From the NCBI GenBank assembly GCA_016199985.1, contig JACQFQ010000013.1, positions 5,756 to 69,755 on the forward strand: a stretch of DNA of 64,000 nt, given 5' to 3'. Source of the DNA: Verrucomicrobiota bacterium (GTDB lineage: Bacteria > Verrucomicrobiota > Verrucomicrobiia > Limisphaerales > UBA11320). Shown here in pieces: positions 15,001 through 21,354 of the stretch. The position numbers and the translations under genes were made by a program. Position 1 is the stretch's first letter; the number at the start of each line of letters is the position of its first letter. The notes below the pieces were generated by a model, which was given only the letters and a program-made list of their open reading frames with translations, made no database searches and was not told the origin of the DNA.

Positions 15001-18000
15001 TTGTCGCCGCCGGCTCCCGCAGCGGCCTGGGTCGTGATGGTTGGCGCGGCCACGGCGGAAAGGGAGAGATCCTTGACCCCGGAGAGAACCGCGTTGTCTT
15101 CGACCTCGGCTCGAGCGGTGATGGGAAGAATATTGAGGGAGAAGGAAAGCCCGATTCCCGTCTTCGAACCGTCCTCGTTCTTCGATGTCGCGATCGCGCT
15201 CCCGACGACGTTTCCGGCGGCTCCGAGAGACACATCGCCGCCGTTGGCGTTCTCGCTTGACCCCGAAGCCAGAAACGCGGCCGTGTTCACCGTAACCACC
15301 TGGATAGCCGCCGCGCCCGCCACGCCGACCTCGGGAGCGCCAGCGCCGGCCGTCGACCGCGTCGAGAATGTATGAACGCTCTCGGCAGGCAGCCCCGGAC
15401 TCGAGGTCAGTCGCTGAGCCATGTCGGCGAGGAGGCTCAGCCCGTGATTGCTCAGCGTCACGCCGGAGGCGATATACGCGCGGTTGCTCAGATCGACCAC
15501 ATTGACGCCGATGGCAACACCGACGCCGCTCCCGGCGCCGCGATCGCCGCCAGAGAGCGTGTGCGTCTTGCCAACAGCCCCGATTTTCAGGTCGATGGCA
15601 GTCTTTGCTTTTGCGTCCTCCGCGGAAGCGGCGAGCTTGATCTTGGTCGCGTCGGCGGTCTTGATGACATAGTAGGTGGACCCCTCAGTGAGCCCGCCGA
15701 CAGCTGTGCCGCCGACGCCCGCGCTGTACTTCACAGGATCGCCGTCTTTCCACCCATGGGCGCCCACCGTCAGAACGTCGCCGGCTTCATCCACGATACC
15801 GGCGGCGGTGGGATCGAAAGTCATCGCCTTGACAGGGCTCACGGTGGCGCTGCCATCGGCGACCAGCAGCGAGTCCCCATTTGCCGAGCTATGAACCTGG
15901 AGAACGCCCGCGGGGTTGATGAAGTCCTTCAGCACGGCCGCCTCGGCCTTGATCTTCGTCACGTTGACAGCGATCCCCGCCGCGACGCCCACCGGTCCGT
16001 CGCTGGTGCTTTGATCCGTCGAGGAGCCGCCGGTATCCATCCCCGCGTCGGCCTTGCTCTTGAGGAAGTTTGAAGACTTGTCCGATTGTTTTTGCGAACT
16101 GTCCTTGTCGGCCGACTGATCCTTCGCCTCGCCTTTGACGCTGGCCTTCGTGGTGATCTCGCTGTGGGAAATCGTCTTGGCCTCGATGGAAGAGCTGCCC
16201 GAAGTGGTGCTTGTCAGGGCCCGCTCGCTGGTGGCGCTGGCGATGTCGGTGGAAATATTGATCCCGATCGCGACGCCAATTCCCACATTGCTGCCGCCCG
16301 CGCTCCCATCGGCTGTGGTGAGGATCGCGCCCTGGTCTTCCCAGGCTTTGAGAGCGATGGCGCCGGTCAGCGCGGTGGGCGACACGGCGGTCCCCAAGCG
16401 AGCCGTGGTTCGGTCATCGCTCAGTGTCAGCGCGACCGCTCCGCCCAGGCTGAAGCTGTCCCCGCCGGCGCCCGCCTCGGCTTTTGTGGCGATGTTCGGG
16501 GAGGAGGTCGCCGTCAGCGTCAAGTTCTTCGCTCCGGTCACGACCGCTGTGTCCTCAACCTCGGCGCGCGTGATCCAATGATGGATGTTCATCGCGAAGG
16601 ACAACCCAACCCCGGTCTTGGAGCCATCTTCGCTCTTCGAAGTCGCCATCGCGTTTACGATGTCCGCGCTTCCCGCGGTCAGCGTCACGGATCCGCCGTT
16701 CGCGTTGAGCGAGCTGCCCGCGGAGAGGTAGGCGGAAGTCTTCGCCACGATGACGTTGATCGCCACCGCGCCAGCCACGCCGACCTCCGGCGCCCCGGCG
16801 CCCGCGACCGATTGCGCGCTAAACGAGTTGAGTTTTTCACTCAGGGCCTGGCTGGCGCCCGAGCCGGTGGAAGTCAGGTCGATGGCCGTTCCATTAGTTG
16901 AGTCCAGCGCGGTCTTGGCCAGCTTGATCTTGGTCGGCGTCGCCTTGTTGACGATCACGTAGTAGGTGGAGCCATTGGCAAGCCCGCCCACGTCGGCGCC
17001 TCCGCCGTTGCTGTAGCTGAAGATGTCGCCGGTCGCCCATGCTTGAGCGCCCACATCGATGGTGTCCGCGGCGATGTCGACAGCCGTCGCGGCGTCGAAA
17101 AGCGCGGCGCGCGGCGCCATGTCGGACGTCGCCGTAAAACCACCTGAGCTCACGGAGACGCCGGGGGCCATGTAAGCGCGATTCACGAGATCCGCCACGT
17201 TCACCGTGACGGCCACGCCAACACCGCTGCCGGAGCCGCGGTCCGGACCGGCGACCGTGTGGGCCGTTCCCGCCGCTCCACTCGTGAGGTCGATGGCGGT
17301 CTTGGCCATGGCGTCCTTGGCGGAAGCGGCGAGCTTGATCTTTGTGTCATCGGCGGTCTTGATGACGTAATAGGTCGCCCCATCGCTCAAGCCTCCCACC
17401 GCGACGCCGCTAGAACCCACGGAATACTTGATCGGATCTCCGTCCTTCCACCCGTGCGTCCCCACGGTAAGGGTGTCCGCGGCGGTGTCCACGACACCGT
17501 TCGCTGTGGGATCAAAGGTGAGTGTCTTCGTCGGAATCACAGTGGCGCTGCCGTCCGCTTTCACACTGGCGTCAGCGTTCGCGGAGCTGTGCAGCGTCAG
17601 CGGAGTGGCGGGGCCGGAGAAGTCCTTCAGCGCCACGGCCTCCGCCACAACGCTGGAAACATTGACCGCGATCGCGGCCGCCACTCCCACCGGACCGTCG
17701 CTCGTGCTCTGATCCCCGCCCGACTTGCCAGTGTCCATCCCGGCCGGCGCCTTGCTCTTGAGGAAATTCGCGGCCTTGTCGCTTTGCTTCTGCGAGGAGT
17801 TCTTGTCGGCGGGTTGATCCTTGGATTCACCCTTCGCGCTCGCTTTGGACAGCGTCTCGGAGCGCGCCACGGTTTTGGCGTCGAGCAAGACTCCGGAGGA
17901 ACCGCTGACGTTCAGCGCGCGCTCGATCGTTGCTCTGGCGCTGTCCGTGGAAATGTTGATCGCGAGCGCGGCGCCTACGCCGACGGAACTGCCGGCGGCG

Positions 18001-21000
18001 GCGCCGTCGGCGGTTGTGAGGATCGTGCCGCGGTCCTCGGTCGCCCGGAGCGTCACGGCTCCCGCGAAACTCGTCGGCGAGGCCGAGGTTCCAATGCGGG
18101 CGATCGTCCGATGGTTCACCAAGGTGAGCGCGAAAGCGCCGCCAACCGTCGTTGAGCCGCCTCCGGCCCCGGCCGTCGCTGTATCCGTCAGCAGGGGCGT
18201 CGTTGTGGCGACGAGCGACAGATTGCGAACGCCGGCGACCGTCGATGCGTCCTCCAGTTCCGCCCGAGTGACGACCCCGACGATTCCCAAGGTCACCGAC
18301 GCTCCGATGCCGGTGGTGACATTCCCGGACTGCGCCGATTTCGCAATCGCCACGGGGGTGACCGCATTTGTCGCCGTGAAGGAGAGATCGCCACTGCCGG
18401 CGACCACCATGCTGGATCCTGTTTTCTGATAGGCGCTGGTTTGGTCGGAGACTTTGTTGAAAGCGAAGGAGCCCGCGATGCTGGTCTTCTGGGGTGAACC
18501 TACGCCCGACGTGGCCTCGGCATTGAAGGAGGAGGACGAGGGCTTGACGGCTTCGACGGTCGTTGTCCCGACGGCCAGAGTGGGCGTGCCGCCGAGATAG
18601 GCTTCGGTCAAAACATCCGCGAGATTGACGGCTATGGCGACACCGACGCCGAGGTCGCCGCCCGAAGTCTTGGTGAGACTTCCGTCCGCTTTGGAATTCA
18701 CCGAGACCGCGGAGGTCGCGCTCACCTTCAGGGCGCCCGCGGTGAGAGTAACGCCCGTCGGAGCGACATACGCTTGGGTTTGACCCGAGAGCTTGGTGAA
18801 AGCGAGCGCGCCCGCGACGGGAAGCGTGCCTTCGCTGGTTTGGGCGTTGCCCTCGGTCTTGGTCGTCGGGTCGTTGCCAGCGTTGTTCTGGCTCGAACCT
18901 TTGGGCGTCGACTTGGCGGTCGTGGGGAGATTGCTTGCGGAACCAGCCGTCACGGTGATGGCCGAGGCGTTCACGGCGGTGGTCCCATCCAGGATGGCTT
19001 GGGTCACTTCGGTCACGATGGCGGTCGCAATGGACGCGCCGCCGCCCGAGGCGCCGGCGGTGGAGCCGTCAGCCGTCGTGGTCGCCTGAACCGTGTTGGA
19101 CGCATTGACGCCCAGCGTTCCGGTCGCCGTAACGCCCGCCGAGACGCGCGCCACCGCGGTGCTGGTGACTATTGAGCCGCTAACGGCCGCATCCACCGAG
19201 CTGCTTCCGCCGCTGCCGGCCGTGACGATCGCCGAACTGGTGACGTTCGAGGCGGAGTTGACTGAAATGTTGCCGGAACTGATCAACCGAGTCGCGCTGT
19301 CCAAGGTAATCTGAGCCTGCGACTGAGCCACCAGCAGCTTGAAGAGCGTCACGCTCGCGGAGGCGTTCACCGTCGAAGTCGCCGACAGGTTGATATTCCC
19401 TCCCTTGAGCGTGGCGCCGGTCACTTGGATGGAGGTGTTGGCCGCCGGGATCAGCGAATCGCCGGTTTCGGACGCTGTGAGATTGATCGCGCCAGCGAGT
19501 CCGCCGCTCAGCGTTGTGTCGACGACCGCTCCGGCGTCCACCTTGATCGTCTCTGCGTTCAGATTGAGGTCGTGCCCCTTGAGACCCAACGCGACCCCAG
19601 GGGTGATCTCAATGGTGTCGTGTCCCCCATCCCCGTTGATGGTCAGTCCGCCGCTGAATCCGGCGGCGATCGCGTTGACTTTCAGGGTATCGTCGCCCAA
19701 GCCCAGGTTGATGGTGAGGGAATGCGAGGGGTAAGGAAAAGAGACACTCTCAATTGTGCCCGACGGACTCCTCACTCGAAGGGAGTTGCTGTTGCCAGGA
19801 TCGGTCTCCAGGACAAGGTCGTCGGAGAAGATCGATCCACTGACGATGACGTCCGGGCTTCCCGACCCGCTGAGGGTGATCGGCTCCAGCCCATCGTAGG
19901 TGATAAGAGAAGCTCCGAGGGCGACATGACCTGAGTGCGGACCGGTGGCATCGAAGGCCACTCGATCGTAACCGTCGCCAGCGATCTTCAGAGTATCGAA
20001 CCCGCCCGCTCCGCCGTCCATAACGCCGGTGAGGCTGCCTCCCTGTTCGAGAACGAAGGTATCCTGGTTGTTCGCGGCGCCGGTCAGGTTCTCGACGTTG
20101 TGGAAGGCAAGCCCGTCAACGATTCCCGAGTCAGGTCCGGTGATCGACCATCGTGTGTCGCCGTCCGGACCGACGATTTCGTCCCGTCCGCCGCCAGCGT
20201 TGAACCTGAGATCCAGACCGTCGCGTGTGGGGAGATCCGTCTTGAGGACGAGACGGTCATCGCCGTCGCCCGTCTCAATGTGAAGAGACCGAAGAGGCCC
20301 CAGGTCGGGTCCCAGGATCAGGGAGATATCAGCCCCGGCTGCTCCGGGAGTTATGGGAGTTCCTGGGAGGAAACCTATGAGAAGCTTGGATGCGTTTTCG
20401 AGGAGGATGGGATCTAGCGAAACGCCATCGCTGGAACCCGAGATGACGATACGACCCGCCAATGAGGCGTCCACCGTCAGCACGTTCTGTTTTCCAGAAA
20501 GAGTGAAGAACCATTCATCGCCCTGACGTTGCAAAGGGTTGAAGGGCGCGGCGGAGTTTGAGTTGATCGGAGGCGGGGCGTTTGCAAGAAGAAGACTGGC
20601 GGAGATCTGCGAAAGAATATCGTTGCCGCCTTGCTCTGAACCCGGGGTTGAGGCGGAGGGATCGAGGGGATTCTTGGCAGGAAGAGTGGCCGCGTTGGGG
20701 CTCTTCGCATCGGAGGAATCAGAGCTCTGGCTCTCGTCCTGGCCGGGGGGCTCCGAACGCGTCGAAGCAGCGGACTCCGAATTCGGAGTCGAGGACTTCA
20801 GTGGGCCAGGCGTGGAGTCGGAGAAAATGTCGGCAACTGTGTCGCTCGCGGAAACCGCGAGGGTGTCGGGGGAGATGGATGAGGAGGGAGTGTCCGCATG
20901 GACCTGGACCTCAGCAACGCCGGGATCGGCCGGACCGAGCTGAGGCAACGGATGCAAAACGGTATCCCCAGAAAGGAGAATCCGCGCTTCCAGCACCTCG

Positions 21001-21032
21001 AACTCAAAATGCTTCACACGACCCAAACCCAT
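1..21032 (-). CDS. Giant LEPR-XLL-motif, RTX (Ca-binding nonapeptide) repeat surface/adhesin-like protein; partial, 3' end lies beyond the window
   Basis: ATG at 21032 gives MGLGRVKHFEFEVLEARILLSGD (LEPRxLL motif), with an in-frame TAA just upstream. The same frame reads VAWTDASSGKAQVYAKRF at bases 59-3. GGxGxDxL repeats at ~800-1200 (NTINGGAGDDYINGGGGADILNGGDGNDVL). No terminated long minus ORF appears in the track, consistent with an open frame leaving the window. Frame spot-checked, not read codon by codon. Confidence 0.9.
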   Translation of the reverse strand, partial: MGLGRVKHFEFEVLEARILLSGDTVLHPLPQLGPADPGVAEVQVHADTPSSSISPDTLAVSASDTVADIFSDSTPGPLKSSTPNSESAASTRSEPPGQDESQSSDSSDAKSPNAATLPAKNPLDPSASTPGSEQGGNDILSQISASLLLANAPPPINSNSAAPFNPLQRQGDEWFFTLSGKQNVLTVDASLAGRIVISGSSDGVSLDPILLENASKLLIGFLPGTPITPGAAGADISLILGPDLGPLRSLHIETGDGDDRLVLKTDLPTRDGLDLRFNAGGGRDEIVGPDGDTRWSITGPDSGIVDGLAFHNVENLTGAANNQDTFVLEQGGSLTGVMDGGAGGFDTLKIAGDGYDRVAFDATGPHSGHVALGASLITYDGLEPITLSGSGSPDVIVSGSIFSDDLVLETDPGNSNSLRVRSPSGTIESVSFPYPSHSLTINLGLGDDTLKVNAIAAGFSGGLTINGDGGHDTIEITPGVALGLKGHDLNLNAETIKVDAGAVVDTTLSGGLAGAINLTASETGDSLIPAANTSIQVTGATLKGGNINLSATSTVNASASVTLFKLLVAQSQAQITLDSATRLISSGNISVNSASNVTSSAIVTAGSGGSSSVDAAVSGSIVTSTAVARVSAGVTATGTLGVNASNTVQATTTADGSTAGASGGGASIATAIVTEVTQAILDGTTAVNASAITVTAGSASNLPTTAKSTPKGSSQNNAGNDPTTKTEGNAQTSEGTLPVAGALAFTKLSGQTQAYVAPTGVTLTAGALKVSATSAVSVNSKADGSLTKTSGGDLGVGVAIAVNLADVLTEAYLGGTPTLAVGTTTVEAVKPSSSSFNAEATSGVGSPQKTSIAGSFAFNKVSDQTSAYQKTGSSMVVAGSGDLSFTATNAVTPVAIAKSAQSGNVTTGIGASVTLGIVGVVTRAELEDASTVAGVRNLSLVATTTPLLTDTATAGAGGGSTTVGGAFALTLVNHRTIARIGTSASPTSFAGAVTLRATEDRGTILTTADGAAAGSSVGVGAALAINISTDSARATIERALNVSGSSGVLLDAKTVARSETLSKASAKGESKDQPADKNSSQKQSDKAANFLKSKAPAGMDTGKSGGDQSTSDGPVGVAAAIAVNVSSVVAEAVALKDFSGPATPLTLHSSANADASVKADGSATVIPTKTLTFDPTANGVVDTAADTLTVGTHGWKDGDPIKYSVGSSGVAVGGLSDGATYYVIKTADDTKIKLAASAKDAMAKTAIDLTSGAAGTAHTVAGPDRGSGSGVGVAVTVNVADLVNRAYMAPGVSVSSGGFTATSDMAPRAALFDAATAVDIAADTIDVGAQAWATGDIFSYSNGGGADVGGLANGSTYYVIVNKATPTKIKLAKTALDSTNGTAIDLTSTGSGASQALSEKLNSFSAQSVAGAGAPEVGVAGAVAINVIVAKTSAYLSAGSSLNANGGSVTLTAGSADIVNAMATSKSEDGSKTGVGLSFAMNIHHWITRAEVEDTAVVTGAKNLTLTATSSPNIATKAEAGAGGDSFSLGGAVALTLSDDRTTARLGTAVSPTALTGAIALKAWEDQGAILTTADGSAGGSNVGIGVAIGINISTDIASATSERALTSTTSGSSSIEAKTISHSEITTKASVKGEAKDQSADKDSSQKQSDKSSNFLKSKADAGMDTGGSSTDQSTSDGPVGVAAGIAVNVTKIKAEAAVLKDFINPAGVLQVHSSANGDSLLVADGSATVSPVKAMTFDPTAAGIVDEAGDVLTVGAHGWKDGDPVKYSAGVGGTAVGGLTEGSTYYVIKTADATKIKLAASAEDAKAKTAIDLKIGAVGKTHTLSGGDRGAGSGVGVAIGVNVVDLSNRAYIASGVTLSNHGLSLLADMAQRLTSSPGLPAESVHTFSTRSTAGAGAPEVGVAGAAAIQVVTVNTAAFLASGSSENANGGDVSLGAAGNVVGSAIATSKNEDGSKTGIGLSFSLNILPITARAEVEDNAVLSGVKDLSLSAVAAPTITTQAAAGAGGDKFSLGGAIALNLGDTRATARIGAALLPTALTGAIVLKAYEDQGTYLTTADGAAAGNKVGIGVAIALNISSDRARATLERSITTTGAGASLVEARALSRSETTTQASVKGESKSQPADKDTSQKQTDKNGDFLKSKAPADTDTQNSQKTDQETSDGPVGVAAAISVNISNVVAEAAILSDFTSAGALAVHSGANVDTLLKADGSAVVKQEGGSSSSSSSSGNSSGFGLGLGVTVNIARFSNKAYVGAGVNVGVAGLALTADMAPRSTATFDPASKLSATEDTLLVGANEWRTADSVVYASGGGSAVGGLADGSTYYVIKDVAKVFDSGSKDVVSDTDDTIKIGATDWKKGDEVVYSNGGGKSIGGLEDGKSYFVVTTNDSEKIKLASSAANAATDKAIDLKTGGAGSAHTLTHKMAPEKIKLAATEEDAVAGKAIDLQAGATGASHTLSDRVHTFSAESVSGAGSDNVGIAGSLTVNIVNTDTEARAISGSRLSLSASGALALRAESITASSALAKPSGTASGGDVGVGASFALNKIAHVALAQFDDSVAVAGTPGDVTLDALGRHTVTTSTDAGSEGGDAISPSVALSIVDNTTTARAGAGAQAANNGLVRVQADHSSLVQSTAKADAAGEKVAVGASVAVGVVHEDASAVVARDLHASGAITIASHSDVASHQFANASAKGSKSKDKGGKNADSTANDSVTQNANTGQTTDLPKVADQTTAGNDKSSKNSNSSSSSVEVAAAISVNVVFVHNTAAIAGGVNVKSDNSSLVISAVNRTEGKAESVGLAYSLSESNNIGAAVGLNYYEVSNLAQIAPHSTVEARGVTVEAVTPVGKQDEFDAWGMAAAGGRGDAGVAGSAAISVVNATTEASVGEGSDLKVFGDLMVNARCDLVLQGIAGGAGVASSAGVGAAVALHIINKTQRAFIGAANVDATGTLTVKAEASIGTSDFDIPHVGKVPLTSIAAGAGLSSGNAGVAGSATINIFNLATLAYVVADARINQRLSGDANQRLVVQATDSTITRSGAGAIGGSWDGAGVGAGLELSVFTKDTRAYIAAGVVASAGGDITVKAESSEKILSVSANLGLGSSAGVAGSVSVQVITTTTKAYLEDGVNAAIATVSAGGDLLIQARGDFKATLIAGSVGVASSAGIGAANTSLVHNDTVLAFVGRGASVASRGIHGLSAVAISTEELITVAAAGGGASTAGIAGSAVVNVLNENTQAFVSPGAVLSLDSGAAAGAPGLTILASDATTLVSVAGSIAIGGTAGVGVGADVATFNKTTQAYIDSGVVANIEGDIAIDSNPSEEITSVAAGLSASGSASVGLDASVHVFNVKTRAFIGNDPNDAGASAGAGQIHAQGNIAISANDATKLNTIVGVLAVSGTAGIGAAGAVTVSDKLTEAFIGVGAFVTADGNTAGRDVRTGAFTPGLVSAPTYDPKDSNSHPQAIQVNSISRDPADIHALAAQGEISLPSLPSADVNNDGNDDVGPITSARHVATPGIQSGFHGLSLSATNSDNIGSITISIGGGTVGVAVSAGVNVVNTKTQAFISAGGQVNQDLSTAGPLQSVLLGAGNDFHHLAVAGTVAAGEVGVSPAVDVSVLSNTTLAAILAGATVNALDDVLVHAHAREDVVLLGFGVAAGVVGVGGGVNVFTLNNTTTASLGGTISAGGDALVFATDDSTINAIAGGLGAGYVGVGASVGVMVINKTTTAAVVDGARVDARGNGAGLAGVLNGTTLSSGTAFGSFTSHGLVAQAQSSEDVFHMAIAAGAGFVGVSGGVGVTLITSNTTSYIGANAQVNQSGGNAAANANQGVVVSASNRVDAKAASGAGAGGAGGVSGAVSVGSVNNNTNATVRAGAKVAAARDVIVAAVSIQDLKVYSVSAAGGFVGLTASVAAWTVGAKIEKNYSDNNGKTANALQSKDDKGNLNPGADSDTARQASAGQGAVSGLLRGYGTAAFDPAAKVDLAADAIDVGDQGWATGDAVVYKAGGTGAAVIGGLTDGATYYAIVDRATPGKARLASSAANAASGTAINLTSKGAGDQHSLARKDYSRSPSSANERVGSITSDAAARLDSDGPSQQALANAINAAPATPGTEAAIAAGATVVAGQDIQVLAVEVLRVTMFVGGFGGGFVGVGAAVSVTGINANASAHADGTLSAGRNITISSSLDETANITTLSGSGGAVGLGAAVAVFSDSSVVQAYIGDRATITAAQSVSVLASWLQSLQPRTDVANTGAVGIGASFIKLSATGSTLAFVGKDAQIGQSVSGAVGRLSVTAVATIDAHSQTIAGSGGVGATTANFAFMTVSPVVRAEIRDGADVTVSSDIDVATTAHLQVLGEVIGVALGAGLALGASIADVNVSPTVAAFLGQLATATALAGSVTFRASLNDQDGRKVRARALSGSGGVIAGSGADSNVTLSPSVTSSTGSQAAISAGGNASVTATVGAIGEAEAAGVGIGGVGMGASVTRVTLGGTTQAHFDGATLRAGVDISITATRSGEATATSNSVTGGVFAVAVNSARADFRDSLKGYAGDGGNLTAGRDILVGAISLANAKASVGGATAVSFGVGAKIGFSDATALMTPAIESYIGASNAVAAGSIRVRALHNAAEGSPGIVTLVVGRGAHADSHSSGGSLGIAIAGASATATSKPGVLAHAGGSGAHLSAGSGAVTITAAASNPSDAVADGVNIGGLAGIGAITTTSESSGNIQAYVGALTASLGGGGLNVIAIGSDIASASAKAAAGGILGGGNASIARATVKPNISAAVQNSASINVAGGVKINAVSRTEADASSDGISLAVGIAGGASESHIIDSPTVSATVGANDAIIAGGGIDVRAQHNEQVTIFDGTFNADASSVSTSQDLITLPANHGLSTGDRITYLTGSGGSPIGGLVDQTSYSVITVSPTALKLGATFKAANVDDVSDTIRFDAAHNLRDGQRVTFGNLGGPGVTGLSLGAAYFVRVIDPYTIKLYATKALAQAAARSFAASAVNSATDVVTLNAHGFTEDQAVTYGAPASKTFASSNVNNVSETIAISNHLFADGQRVTFQAAGAAIGGLANNADYYVIRVDANTFQLAATPADAAAKKAINLTAPTSANAYSLAAYQEVAIGGLSSGRTYYVHVVDANHLQLKAAPGGAALNIDATNVAGSHTLGSAGIEMSAVGLTSTQYLAIDLTSTGSGPAQRLAGAGGLLGVIGQPGGTGLSTAVASGSAGALAGGYVTLVSTDTVASILAKVGDNSSLQAGGDLSVTASSYANEGGSARSAAGGLVSYGDADVTTNMFQDVGGVVGRLARLTAGQKISVNADSHFYTTTTTYAVGGGVLSGVNSSSNVMMNHATHVDVGSGASVVAGGDLDMLATVHFGGILDDGGDSGGFATAPNAEAIYTIGGGGARQITQVTIGSGATVYAENNARLMAVFGSSGTIEAHGKARAFGVIADTNGRASILITSRAKVEIDSGAAVTGNDALTVSAEHEGLSTLTEAVADGKALSVSKAYNHLALDTDSTVVAQAGAKLASSGLNVRAIVQPSGQAYIYYYFGVPLASGEDHPFEWTPTRSILFDADVAALAGNPRLIVDAAGNVTSRFVAYQNNAGRVIVTGLDNTASQPVLFEINARAGQPPGAIIGSRSTFSFRETFGKVTLINNSQKDLEIDGIDVLNKATPTVGVSVQDDSNFQFAIGYDFATSLVEIRNQPSTGSPRLFLQGVINNPIGETRIASTLGDVIVSSAQALVRSNVVRLDATAGNLGTPIAPIPVQLIQTPGHPTGFFVTAGGKASLDLFPTLRDVAPATSFSVKLDTMAAGGDLNFTLEAATRETTITAVAHYGAIVSEPLVPLSTPVISHFRPLGVDSQPSLDLGLFGVNGQALDSVYNLGLVKADGDINVVAKPGATRIVVNGNSNIGSAGKVSVSTNGPISIIETDGDLRVGTITSTASDVTLTAPGSIVDGKGDALSDVNGANVILVAQAGGIGAAGDALDIVSTLLKATAVQDINISEVTGDLNLDQATSTAGGVTLTSVARILDADQGAAPDDVLAGYAVLVAGGGVGEAAHPIQSRVSRLEGRGGAGGIWVLNAGGLTIGNASALIGLNANGPIVITAASPITVQEDVVSLDAIVLTAGETPQTGDDLSVLSGVKINGKSVSLIAGDNLRLFALASVKASAAILIQGDSITADNSVSIDGGNVSLTSPGDILLGPGLVGHAAALFKVEGRNVAFGDGAQIVSASFRVTAIAQLSFGASDSAQGTTDITLLADAISAANGVSLNGGTISLTATKDIVLGSGDLLQAGTTLTIQGRAVGLGDNAKAFGASTHITAAAVLTLGAGVSVRGTTDVLLQGDAIAAAQSVSVDGGATTLIAVNDISVGPDAIVHAGGLLKVQGRNLLLGINGRWSANAAHFTSIDRFVLAAASQIQAAADIAAQAASIVIETRDSLSAVDIGLTASADVYVGIASSMTATGGLLIQARGLLLAENAKGSGNGVSVKTTADVVLQPAASLVATADVVLEVENLALSRGASIRGNTVNLLSRSDIHSELDTLIQATAGLVIRVAYGDTHPGVGARVILFGQLSAATIDVSGGANRDEINLNLQSRSGLFRVFGLAGDDYISVDADVIDAGDGNDVVFGGPGVNTINGGAGDDYINGGGGADILNGGDGNDVLIAQGSIGATIDGGEGSDLMYGSEGPDTIHGGNGNDRIYGLGGGDNLFGDAGDDTLDAGAGDDTVEGGLGKDLVLGGAGADTLYAYRQNASGDDSAVNYLYGDFGTNLNETGGAADRLVGGGGNDFLFGEAGNDVITPGGPGSYVDPGTAAVGPVSTFVPPMPFVPGNATNDREAVLSLPGAPDLLGRWTDLEGSGSGTGLSGAFGVATEPSLVAGPSAQWVAWADARSGNFEIYVARRQGGAWAQVAGSAELGGISGTPGASRAPSITLGADGQPIVSWTEFNGGSGDIRVARFDPAANSGNGGWVAMGTSLNAGGISGTGAADHSTVLTTAGGTVVAWTDASSGKAQVYAKRFA
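12600..19000 (-). repeat. About four degenerate intragenic macro-repeat units (~1.45-1.7 kb each) within the giant gene
   Basis: Homologous anchors recur: Q(E/S)TSDGPVGVAAAI-coding sequence near 14530, 15990 and 17690, and GAGAPEVGVAGA-coding sequence near 15330 and 16790. Boundaries approximate. Confidence 0.75.
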
Positions 21033-21354
21033 ATCCGCTGACAGGCAAAGGCGCTCAACTCCAGGCGGCGAGGAGGGCCAGCGTTACGACTTCCCAAAGC
21101 AAGAAAAGGAACGCGGTCAGAAGACACCATGTCGAGAGGAATGGCCAGCCGAAATTGGAAAAAAACTGAAGGCGATTGCAGGGCGCGTTCCGCTCCCCTA
21201 AGGTGCCCGCGATGCAACGGCACGGCTTAGTCTCGGAAGCGGGCCCGCGTTCAAACCCGAACGTGATTCCCGGAAGGTCTCAGTCCGAGCCATTCGATAC
21301 CGGACGATCGTCATCCCTTGTTCTCACCTTCGCGACTTTTGACTTCACGAAGCC

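Noticed and set aside
93-20417. Many long plus-strand ORFs (e.g. 473, 790, 748 aa)
   Set aside because: Arg/Val/Gly-rich, motif-free antisense shadows of the giant minus-strand gene.
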